64,000 bases of DNA, taken from positions 37,574,001 through 37,638,000 of the forward strand of contig CM097885.1 in NCBI GenBank assembly GCA_044892525.1, written 5' to 3'. Under the pieces are notes generated by a model. The model saw nothing but the letters and a program-made list of their open reading frames with translations, did no database searches and was not told where the DNA came from. This DNA comes from Schmidtea polychroa. Its lineage: Eukaryota. Both the position numbers and the translations under genes were made by a program. This document shows positions 1 through 9,913 of this stretch, in pieces; position 1 is the first letter of the stretch, and each line of letters starts with the position of its first letter.

Positions 1-269
1 AATAAATCAAGATAAGAACTTTGATAAAAAATATTATTCTAAAATGGTAAAAATTAACACTGTAGTGTTAAATGAAAAGGTAATTATTCTTTAAATCTAA
101 TTACCTTAGTCATAATTTTCTTTAATTTAACCCTTTATTTACTTAATTCAGTCCTTGTTTACCGAATATAGAAGTTTCAAATATAGACCATTGATTACTT
201 TAATTTAAAAATGTATCCCTTAATTTACATAATTTCAATCTAAAATTATTTTAAAAAATTTTTTCTAAA

Positions 270-1400
270 ATTGTCATTGAAAAATATTTCATAAAAGTTT
301 TCATTTAAAATTTTCATTGAAAAATATTTCATAAAAATTTTCATTAAAAATTTTCATTGAAAAATATTTCATAAAAATTTTCATTAAAAATTATCTTAAA
401 AATTATTCCATAAAAATTTCATTAAAAAATTTCAATTCTCAAACACCTTCTATTATTTTGTTAATAAATTTAAAATCTTACTTTAATTTGCTTATTACAT
501 TACTTATTTAAAAATTATTACTTTAATTTACTTATTTAATATATTTGACCATTGATTACTTAATTTAAAAATTTGGACCTTAATTTACTTTAATTTAATT
601 TTTTAGAACCTTAATTTACTTTAATTTTAAATTTTGAACCTTAATTAACTTTAATTCAAATTTGGACCTTAATTTACTTTAATTGAAAATTTTAGACCAT
701 AATTTACTTAATTGAAATTTTAGACCTTAATTTGCTTATTTATCTTTAATTTACTTAAGTTTAAAAATATATACCATAATTTACTTAATTGAAATTTTAG
801 ACTTTATTTTAGAACTTAATTGAAAATTTTAGACTTTATTTTAGAACTTAATTGAAAATTTTAGACCATAATTTACTTATTTGAAAATTTTAGACCTTAA
901 TTTGCTTATTTATCTTTAATTTACTTAAGTTTAAAAATATATACCATAATTTACTTAATTGAAATTTTAGACTTTATTTTAGAACTTAATTGAAAATTTT
1001 AGACTTTATTTTAGAACTTAATTGAAAATTTTAGACCATAATTTACTTATTTGAAAATTTTAGACCTTAAATTGCTTAATTGAAAATTTTAGACCTTAAT
1101 TTGCTTATTTATCTTTAATTTACTTAAGTTTAAAAATATATACCATAATTTACTTTAATTTAAAATTTTAGACCATAATTTACTTATTTGAAAATTTTAG
1201 ACCTTAATTTACTTAATTGGAAATATTAGACCTTAATTTGCTTATTTATCTTTAATTTACTTAAGTTTAAAAATATATACCATAATTTACTTTAATTTAA
1301 AATTTTAGACCATAATTTACTTAATTGAAAATTTTAGACTTTATTTTAGAACTTAATTGAAAATTTCGGACCTTAATTTGCTTAATTGAAAATATAGAAA
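270..1400. repeat. AT-rich subterminal-type tandem array (about 29-30 bp units like CCATAATTTACTTTAATTTAAAATTTTAGA, plus AAAATTTTCATT units)
   Basis: Seen directly. The same unit families recur at 4630-5390, 22620-23430 and inverted at 11970-12470. Confidence 0.85.
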
Positions 1401-1455
1401 TAGGACATCCAGTTATAATTTATCCGAGTTAATATATAATCCATTAGATTTACCC

Positions 1456-4347
1456 ATGAAATTAAAAGACATTAGAAAATTTGAGGCCAAAAATCCCGGC
1501 TTAATAATTAATGTTTTTTCTTATGACAATAGCAAACAATTAACAGATAATTACGTTTTAAAACATCCACATTTAGACATTATACATCGTTCCAAAGTTT
1601 TAAATGGAACAGTAATTAATTTACTACTATTAAATAAAGGAAACAATTTCCATTACGTTGCTATAAGCAATTTAAATAAGTTATTGAATTGCCACATAAA
1701 CACTAGTTGTCCTACACGCATACAATCAATATGGTGTCATCGGTGTTTGAATGGTTTTAAAAATAGAAACGCACTGGAAAAACATGAAATATTATGTAAA
1801 CGTAATCAATTAGGAACAACTCTTTATACTTTCCCTCAAAATAAATTATTGCAGTTTACTGACTGGTCGAAAACAGTAACTCCTCCTTTTGTAGTTTATG
1901 CCAATTTTGAGGCTATTTTACCTTCTGATAATCTTCATTTCCAACGACACATGCCAATATCTGCTGGTCTTTTACTAGTAAATAACTTTGACGGATCTAA
2001 ATCTTATCAACAATTCATAGGTTTAGATTGCGTCGAGAGTTTTTTAAGTGCTATAGAGGATATAGCATTAAATAAGGTTCTTCCTTTTTATTATAAAATG
2101 GGTAGGAAACCTATGATTAAATTAACGAAAATTGAGCAACAACAATTCGTTAATTCATCGGTTTGTTATCTTTGTTTGAAATCTATCGTGGATCCTGTTA
2201 GAGATCACGATCATTTTACGGGCAAATACTTGGGTGCAGCTTGTAGCACATGTAACGTAAATAGAAAAATAAATAAAATTTTGCCTATCGTATTTCACAA
2301 CTTGAAGGGATACGATATGCATCATATACTTAAATACGGATTAAATAAATTTAAAAATTGGACTTTAGGGTGCATCCCAATAACTACGGAAATATTTATA
2401 TCTTTGATTGCTCATTTAGGCAAAATTAGCCTAAGATTCATTGATTCATATCAATTTGTCAATGATTCTTTGGCTAAAGCAGTCAAAACTTTGAATTCTT
2501 TGCCTTTTACTAATTCTGCTTTTTCTGGTACTATAGTTTCTGAAAAAGGAATCTTCCCTTATAATTTCGCCACTTCTTTAGATATTCTCCAAACTACTTA
2601 TGAATTACCACCAATCTGGGAGGGTGTTACTGAGCTTGAGTATGAAAAAGCTCAGGAGATTTGGGTAGAAACTAATTGCCGAACTTTATTAGATTATATG
2701 ATGATCTACCTAAAACTTGATTGTTTTCTTTTGGCTGATTTCTTTCATCAGTTTAGGTTGAAATCCATTGCTCACAATAGATTGGAACCATTGAATTATT
2801 TCGGAATTCCAGGTATGTCTTGGTCTTCTGCATTAATGTCTTTAAATGAACCAATTGAGCTCATAACTGAAAACGAAATGTTTAGCTTTTATGAGGGTGG
2901 AATAAGAGGCGGTCTTACTTTTGTGAATAAGCATTACGTAAAAACCGACGAGAACACCGAGTTACTATATATAGATATTAATAATCTTTATGGCTGGGCT
3001 TTAAGTCAATCATTACCTTGTGGCGAATTTAGTTGGGTTCTTGATGGATTTGATAAAATAATGGATGAATGTAGGAATTTAAATCTTGAATCTTTGTCTT
3101 ATGGATACACTCTTGAAGTTGATCTTGTAATTCCTTCTGAGCTTCATGATAAGTTGGATGATTTCCCTGTTGCTGCTGAAAAAATGAAACCTGCTGGGTC
3201 TAAGGTTGAAAAATTATTATTAACTCATCTTTCAAAATCTAATTATGTTATTCATTGGAGATTATTAAAATTATATTTGGAACTTAGTGTTAAAGTAACA
3301 CGTGTAAATAGGGGTGTAAGATTTAAGCAATCACCAATTTTTAAAAAATATATAGATACAAATACCGAATTAAGATCAAAAAGCATAAATAACTTAGATA
3401 AAAATTATTATAAATTGCTAAATAACAGTTTATACGGCAAAACAGTTGAAAATTTAAAGAGAAGAATGAATCTTCGTCTTTGTACAACTGCCGGTAAATT
3501 AGTTAAATATTCGTCAAAACCGACTTTTAAAAAATCTATTAAAATAGCAGATAATTTAATCGCAGCACTATTGAATTCAGATTCTATATGTTTAGATAGA
3601 CCAAGTTACATTGGTCAATCTGTACTTGATCTATCTAAACTTAGAATGTATGAATTGCAATATAAGGATCTGGAATCATTTCGCAATGAGTTTAATTGTA
3701 AAATTAATATCGTTGCGGGTGATACGGATTCTTTTTTCCTCGAAGTCATTAACTGTAAACTTGAGGTTCTTTTACCTGCAATGATTCGAGATAATTTATT
3801 GGATACTTCCAATTACAATAGTTGTCATTCCTTATATAGTAAGAACCTTGATTCAGTCATTGGAAAGTTCAAAGACGAGAATAAAGGTCTTAAATATAAG
3901 GAGTGGGTTTTTCTTAGACCTAAATGTTATAGCTTGTTGGGTGATGAGGAAACAAAAAAGGCTAAATGTGTAACATTGAAAGGTAGTGACATAAAACATC
4001 AGTCATACCTGGATTGTTATAACACTAACCAGATTTTTTCGGTTCCTCAGACTAAAATAACAAGCAAAAATCATCAAATTTTTACAATTAAAAACACAAA
4101 AATAGCACTAACAAACAAAGATGACAAAAGAGTTTGGGTGGGGAAAAATACTAGTCTTGCATATGGGCATGTAAGATTAAATGAATTAAATATTGGAGAA
4201 AATGTTGATGAAGAATTTGATGAAAATGTTGGAGAAGATGAGGAACAATTAAATGAAGATTTTGGAGAAGATGAGGAAGAATTAAATGAAGATTTTGGAG
4301 AAGATGACATCGATATCGATGACGTTATTTTGTCCGATGAGGACTAA
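1456..4347 (+). CDS. polB: Protein-primed family B DNA polymerase (pPolB) with endonuclease VII-like Zn motif; N-terminally truncated, ExoI Asp replaced by Asn
   Basis: Motifs YANFE (ExoI, normally YADFE), FHNLKGYD (ExoII), CxxC..RDHDHFTG..CxxCN, YIDINNLYG (A), KLLNNSLYGK (B), GDTDS (C), LRPKCY, DDKR and an acidic tail. Homology to the element B pPolB runs only about 55 nt upstream of the ATG before the tandem array starts. Confidence 0.93.
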   Translation: MKLKDIRKFEAKNPGLIINVFSYDNSKQLTDNYVLKHPHLDIIHRSKVLNGTVINLLLLNKGNNFHYVAISNLNKLLNCHINTSCPTRIQSIWCHRCLNGFKNRNALEKHEILCKRNQLGTTLYTFPQNKLLQFTDWSKTVTPPFVVYANFEAILPSDNLHFQRHMPISAGLLLVNNFDGSKSYQQFIGLDCVESFLSAIEDIALNKVLPFYYKMGRKPMIKLTKIEQQQFVNSSVCYLCLKSIVDPVRDHDHFTGKYLGAACSTCNVNRKINKILPIVFHNLKGYDMHHILKYGLNKFKNWTLGCIPITTEIFISLIAHLGKISLRFIDSYQFVNDSLAKAVKTLNSLPFTNSAFSGTIVSEKGIFPYNFATSLDILQTTYELPPIWEGVTELEYEKAQEIWVETNCRTLLDYMMIYLKLDCFLLADFFHQFRLKSIAHNRLEPLNYFGIPGMSWSSALMSLNEPIELITENEMFSFYEGGIRGGLTFVNKHYVKTDENTELLYIDINNLYGWALSQSLPCGEFSWVLDGFDKIMDECRNLNLESLSYGYTLEVDLVIPSELHDKLDDFPVAAEKMKPAGSKVEKLLLTHLSKSNYVIHWRLLKLYLELSVKVTRVNRGVRFKQSPIFKKYIDTNTELRSKSINNLDKNYYKLLNNSLYGKTVENLKRRMNLRLCTTAGKLVKYSSKPTFKKSIKIADNLIAALLNSDSICLDRPSYIGQSVLDLSKLRMYELQYKDLESFRNEFNCKINIVAGDTDSFFLEVINCKLEVLLPAMIRDNLLDTSNYNSCHSLYSKNLDSVIGKFKDENKGLKYKEWVFLRPKCYSLLGDEETKKAKCVTLKGSDIKHQSYLDCYNTNQIFSVPQTKITSKNHQIFTIKNTKIALTNKDDKRVWVGKNTSLAYGHVRLNELNIGENVDEEFDENVGEDEEQLNEDFGEDEEELNEDFGEDDIDIDDVILSDED

Positions 4348-4587
4348 TTTTATTAAATAAAAGTTTATATCTATACATTTGTTATTTGTTTGGTAAATTT
4401 TTATGTTTGTTATGTGTCTAGTTCATTTTTATGTGTTTAGTTAATGTTTATATGTTTTGTTATGTGTCTAGTTCATTTTTATGTGTTTAGTTAATGTTTA
4501 TATGTTTTGTTGTGTCTAGTTATTTTTATGTGTTTAGTTAATTTTTTATGTGTTGTATAACATTTGGTTGATATATTATTAATATTA

Positions 4588-4629
<42 letters not shown>

Positions 4630-4649
<20 letters not shown>

Positions 4650-5560
4650 TCATAAAAATTTTCATTAAAAATTATCTTAAAAATTATTCTATTAAAATTT
4701 CCATTAAAAATTATCATTGAAAAATATTTCATTAAAATTTCTATTAAAAATTATTTAAAAAATTATTTCATAAAAATTTTCATTAAAAAATTTCAATTCT
4801 CAAACATCTTCTATTTTTTGTTAATAAATTTAAAAATCTTACTTTAATTTACTTATTACATTACTTTAATTTACTTATTTAAAAATTATTACTTTAATTT
4901 ACTTATTTAACTTTAATTTAATTTTTTAGAACCTTAATTTAGTTATTTGTGCCCATTCATTACTTTAATTTAATTTTTTAGGACCTTAATTTACTTTATT
5001 TTAATTTTTTTAGAACCATTATTTACTTAATTTAAAAATTTGAACCTTATTTACTTAATTTAAAAATTTGAACCTTAATTTACTTAGTTGAGTCCTTAAT
5101 TAACTTTAATTTTAAATTTTGAACAATTATTTACTTTAATTTAATATTTTAGAACCTAAATTTACTTTAATTTAATATTTTAGAACCTAAATTTACTTTA
5201 ATTTAAAAATTTGGACCATAATTTACTTTAATTGAAAAATCTTAGCCCATAATTTACTTATTTAGACCATAATTTACTTTATTTCAAAAAAAATCTGAAC
5301 CTTGATTTACTTAAATTTTTTAGACCCATCATTTACTTTATTTTTAAATTTTAGACCCATAATTTGCTTTATTTTAAAAATTTACTATGCGTTTTTAATG
5401 TAAACCACCTTTTCTATTGAAATTCTCATGACCAAGAAGATCCCCTCACTATTGTGTGAAAAATCCATGCTTTTTTATTGAAGACTACCTTTTTCTATTG
5501 AAATTCTCAGGACCAAGGAGACCCACCCAAATAATATTTATCCTTGGCTTGTTTATTGAA
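4630..5560. repeat. Subterminal repeat region of Polinton A
   Basis: Direct copy of the 270-700 block (e.g. TTCAATTCTCAAACA.CTTCTATT at 431 and 4792). Also GACCAAG..GA.CCCCTCACTA units like those at 23470-24020. Confidence 0.8.
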
Positions 5561-6147
5561 AAAAAAAATTTTGTATTTAAAATCCCAGAAAACATTGGGC
5601 ATTACGGCATTATGTAATCAAAAAATGTCTAGGAAAAAGTTATGCAATCAAAAGTTTGCAACATTTTTACCCCCCCCCCCCCCCCCCTATTGTTCCCGCG
5701 GGCTACTAACTACCTACTTAAATAAATCAAACAAATATTCAATAGAGGAATATTTGAAAATTTTTAAAATATTTATGATTTGCTTATCACTGTAAGTATC
5801 ATGATTATTTATAAAATCTTCAACTGTGTTGTTAAAAAATTTCAATGAAATTTCAGAATAGGTTGGACTTAATTTTTCCTTATTTCTAGTAGGACTTCCT
5901 TGCTATAAATGACATATAAAAAATATTGACAAAATAATAAAGTTACCAAATGTTTTACACATTCATCAGTTTTATTTGTAGAAATCATTAGTAATAAATT
6001 TCTTAATAACTAAATTACTTTTGTTTTTACATTTATAAAAATTGTGATAGCCAATCAAAATAGAGCTTTCAAAATGTAGAAATTGTAACCATCAAATGTA
6101 TAACAATAATAATAAGCATGACTAGTACCCTTGCAACCTGTTTAAAG

Positions 6148-6190
<43 letters not shown>

Positions 6191-6198
6191 ATTATTAA

Positions 6199-6286
<88 letters not shown>

Positions 6287-6292
6287 GTCATT

Positions 6293-6455
6293 GATATAGC
6301 TGCATGCTCACTGCAGACTATATAAAATATACTTATATAGCTGCATGCTCACTGCAGACTATATATAAAAATATACTTATATAGTTGCATGCTCACTGCA
6401 GACTATATATATAAAAAATATACCGATATAGCTGCATGCTCACTGCAGACTATAT
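6293..6455. repeat. Four ~40-45 bp tandem units with imperfect palindrome TATAGCTGCA-TGCTCAC-TGCAGACTATA
   Basis: Seen directly; related copies at 28818-28870 and 29108-29131. Confidence 0.85.
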
Positions 6456-6678
6456 AAAAGTCAACATTAAATACTTATAAAAATTATATAAAACAACAAA
6501 CTTCAAAAATTCAAAAAAAAATCTGATTACAAATTTTTATTCAATATGTATATATAAATACAAGTTTTATTCAATATACAAGTTATAATACAAGTTATAA
6601 TACAAGTTATAAATACAAGTTTTTTGTAAATGAAAATAAAGGTTTCTATACAATTTTCACAATTTTCAGTTGTCATAT

Positions 6679-6761
6679 TTAAATTTGATCTTCGTCCCAT
6701 TCGCTGTCGTCAAAACTGGGACTTGGAGCTGGACCGAATTCCTCATCATATTCGCTTAATT
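6679..6761 (-). pseudogene. polB: Displaced native C-terminus of element B pPolB
   Basis: Removing 6762-24652 and one TSD copy joins ...GHYLGVVELS to EYDEEFGPAPSPSFDDSEWDEDQI* in frame, giving an acidic tail like that of the element A pPolB. Confidence 0.9.
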
Positions 6762-7061
6762 CAGGGATGGCAATTACATGGCACGCGTGCCAAATTTGGC
6801 ACGCAGACAAAAAACTTCTGGCACTCTAAGAAATTTAAAAAAAGAAGTAGAAAAAATTCTTATTATAAAATAATTACTGCTTTTTAAAAAAAAATTTGGA
6901 CCCAAACTTTTAATCAACGGCTTTGAATTGAATTCTATATTTTTTTCTCTAGTTGGCTTTGCGTTATTAAATAACGCAATTAATTATTAAATTTAGTTTA
7001 TTTTGGCACTTTGATAAAAACCTATTTGCCAAAATAACGGTTATTTTGTACATACGTATAT

Positions 7062-9913
7062 TAGGGTGGAGTGAAAATGACCGAAAAAAAATTTTTTGAC
7101 TTAGTAGACTTTGGATAGTTATAAAAACTTGCTATGAGGTCCAATGAAGTACTCTGTAAAGAAAAACAATAATTTAAATAATGTCTTGAGGTTCCACAAC
7201 CAACTTTAAAATGTAACCATTGATAAGAAAACGATCATGTATTTGCTATTATTGACATATTATTGAAGTCATTGATGGCATTTAAATAATATTTTCATTA
7301 CTTTTAATAGCAAAATATTTGCCACCCATACACTATGGATTTTAAATGCCTCTGGTTTTTCTTTTTAGAGTTGCAATGGCTGTAACCAGAAAGAAAGTGT
7401 CTTGTGTCATCTTTGGTGGTCCATCCGAGATGCCCGACAATCAACTACCGACTTATGCAGATGTTATGAAATTCTACAACCTGACAAAGCAGAGACTGAA
7501 ATGCGAATTGAACAATAAAGATCCTTCACATCGCAACGTGGCAGAAACAGTGTCAATGAAAGTAGAACAAATATGGGACAAAGCTTCCATACCACATGTA
7601 AGCCACCGCCGTGTTCATGAAATGTTGAACGTGTACCACAAGACGTTCATGAAATTGCTGAAGCCGTATAAATCTAGGAAGGACTCAGAACCATACAGAG
7701 AGAAAATATCGCAGTTTAAAGATGAATCGATTAAACTCTTTGACATTTGCTCCTGCAAGTGCTCTTGTATGTCTCAGTGTCACTGTGAGAAGTCAAGAAA
7801 GATACCCACAATTGAACGTGACTTTCTAGGAGATCAGCGGGGTTCACGCTGTATGATCATAGCTGGAGTTGATGAGTTTGAATCCAGTATATTACAAAAG
7901 CGGTATATCCGTAAAGAGTCGACACAGAGGCAGATGTGTACCAAATCTGCCATTGATGACATCGGTGATAAACAGTCGGATGTCTGTGACGAGATTTCTG
8001 GAATGGAAGAGGAAATGGATACCGGCGATGATGACTCTGATGACGATTGTATAAGCCAAATTAAACAACAGCGAAAATTGAATGACAAGCAGATGAGAGT
8101 TAAGCTACCGTCGTTGGCTTTAGCGTGTGATCGACATGGCGTATCCGACAGGGCGGCAGCAGGAATCGCCAGTGCTGTTCTTCAAGATGTTGGAATAATC
8201 CACGAACATGATGTTTCTAAAGTGATTGACAGAAGTAAAGTGCGTCGAGAACGTTGTAATAAGCGTGGCGCATTATGTGCCGAAGTCAGTAACACAATCA
8301 CTGGGTTATATTTTGACGGCAGAAAAGACAATACAATGACCCAAATTAAAGAATGCGATGGTAAATTTCATCGGAAAATAATAACTGAAGAACATATATC
8401 GATTATAGCCGAACCAGGAGCTACATATTTCGGTCACATTACACCAACTGCAGGGTCAAGCAAAGTTATCACGGCTGAGTTGATTGCATATTTGAATAAA
8501 AGAAATGTTGACACGAGTGGCATAAAAGCAATAGGTTGTGATGGGACAGCCACTAATACGGGCATTCGAGGAGGCATCATTCGATTACTTGAAGTGACGT
8601 TACACAGACCGCTACAGTGGTTCGTATGTCAGTTGCATGCAAACGAATTACCGTTAAGACATTTGTTTCAGTATCTCGATGGACCTACCAATGGTCCAAA
8701 AGGATTTTCTGGTCCCATTGGAAAGTCATTGTTGAATTGTGAGAAGCTTCCCATCGTTGACTACATGCCGATAAACTGTGTTCTACCGTCAAGTGCAAAT
8801 TCCGACGATTTAAGTACAGATCAGAAATACCTGTTCGATTTGTGTACTGCTGTAAGTGTTGGTATTTGTCCTGTCGACCATTCACTTCGCAATCCTGGTC
8901 TTATCAACCATTCGAGATGGTTAACCACGGCTAATCGCATACTACGTCTGTATGTTGCCACAAGAAGCCCGTCGGATGAACTAAAGACGCTTGCTACCTT
9001 CATCGTAACAGTTTATGCACCTGCATGGTTTGAAATAAAGAATACCCCTTCGTGTAAAGACGGCGTTCGACATGTCCACAGTACGATACTGAAATCACGC
9101 TACCTCACAGACGAGCTGAAGAAAGTTGTTGACCCGGTAATTCAACGCAACGCATTCTTTAGTCATCCAGAAAATCTGTTGCTTGCGATGCTTACCGATG
9201 AAAGATCAGATATACGCGAGTTAGCTCTGCGACGCATACTGAAATCCAGAAAGCAGAAACGTACGACTTCAGTTAGATCTTTCTGCGTGCCAGTAATCAA
9301 CTTTGAAGCTACTAGCTACATAGACATGATCGATTGGCAGAAAACTCCGATCACAGAGCCTCCAATCGTAGTGGACATTGACGAAGATACTTTGTTAACC
9401 ATGATCCGGGAAGAAGAAACGCCAAGACTGGATTTCGCCCGCTATCCTTGTCACACCCAGGCAGTAGAGAGACATATCAAGCTAGTGACAGAAGCATCCG
9501 AAATGGTGTGTGGTCCAGAAAAACGCGACGGATTCATTAGAGCACGCTTGGAATCGAGATTGAAAATGCCAAAACTGGACACCAAAGCCCAACATCATTT
9601 GTAGTTATAAAAACATGTTAGACAGTTTGCATGTGGTTTCCCTTCACAGATATGGTTCTTATTACTTGTAATGTTATGTACAGACTGTTAAAAAGTTAAA
9701 CCATAACATAAATATGTTACTTATAAAAAAATGTTTTTTTTAAAGATTATTGCTTTTTTATCGAAATATGCCTATACTTTAGGTCAATTGTGGAACCTCA
9801 AGATATGCTTTAAATTGTCTAATTGTTTGCCACATTACTAATTGCATGTGTTACCAAGTTTTTATAGCTATCCAAACAAGATATTAAGAAAAAAAAATTT
9901 TCACTCCACCCTA
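7062..9913 (+). mobile_element. Apparently intact hATm-like DNA transposon
   Basis: TIRs TAGGGTGGAGTGAAAA / TTTTCACTCCACCCTA; 8-bp TSD ACGTATAT at 7054-7061 and 9914-9921; a single long ORF; GC content higher than the flanks. Confidence 0.92.
7346..9604 (+). CDS. DDE transposase, hATm-like (752 aa; true start may be the ATG at 7376)
   Basis: Motifs YFDGRKD, GCDGTATNTG, CQLHANELPLRHL (CxxH), HSRWLTTA, PCHTQAVER. Confidence 0.88.
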   Translation: MPLVFLFRVAMAVTRKKVSCVIFGGPSEMPDNQLPTYADVMKFYNLTKQRLKCELNNKDPSHRNVAETVSMKVEQIWDKASIPHVSHRRVHEMLNVYHKTFMKLLKPYKSRKDSEPYREKISQFKDESIKLFDICSCKCSCMSQCHCEKSRKIPTIERDFLGDQRGSRCMIIAGVDEFESSILQKRYIRKESTQRQMCTKSAIDDIGDKQSDVCDEISGMEEEMDTGDDDSDDDCISQIKQQRKLNDKQMRVKLPSLALACDRHGVSDRAAAGIASAVLQDVGIIHEHDVSKVIDRSKVRRERCNKRGALCAEVSNTITGLYFDGRKDNTMTQIKECDGKFHRKIITEEHISIIAEPGATYFGHITPTAGSSKVITAELIAYLNKRNVDTSGIKAIGCDGTATNTGIRGGIIRLLEVTLHRPLQWFVCQLHANELPLRHLFQYLDGPTNGPKGFSGPIGKSLLNCEKLPIVDYMPINCVLPSSANSDDLSTDQKYLFDLCTAVSVGICPVDHSLRNPGLINHSRWLTTANRILRLYVATRSPSDELKTLATFIVTVYAPAWFEIKNTPSCKDGVRHVHSTILKSRYLTDELKKVVDPVIQRNAFFSHPENLLLAMLTDERSDIRELALRRILKSRKQKRTTSVRSFCVPVINFEATSYIDMIDWQKTPITEPPIVVDIDEDTLLTMIREEETPRLDFARYPCHTQAVERHIKLVTEASEMVCGPEKRDGFIRARLESRLKMPKLDTKAQHHL

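Larger units (their letters stand above)
1..5718 (+). mobile_element. Polinton/Maverick element A, right-hand part; left end outside window
   Basis: Contains pPolB (1456-4347). Ends in ...TTGTTCCCGCGGGCTACTAACTACCTACT at 5718; the reverse complement AGTAGGTAGTTAGTAG... is an AGT-type Polinton end nearly identical to the TSD-confirmed termini at 11728/24158. Shares subterminal repeats with that element. Confidence 0.8.
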
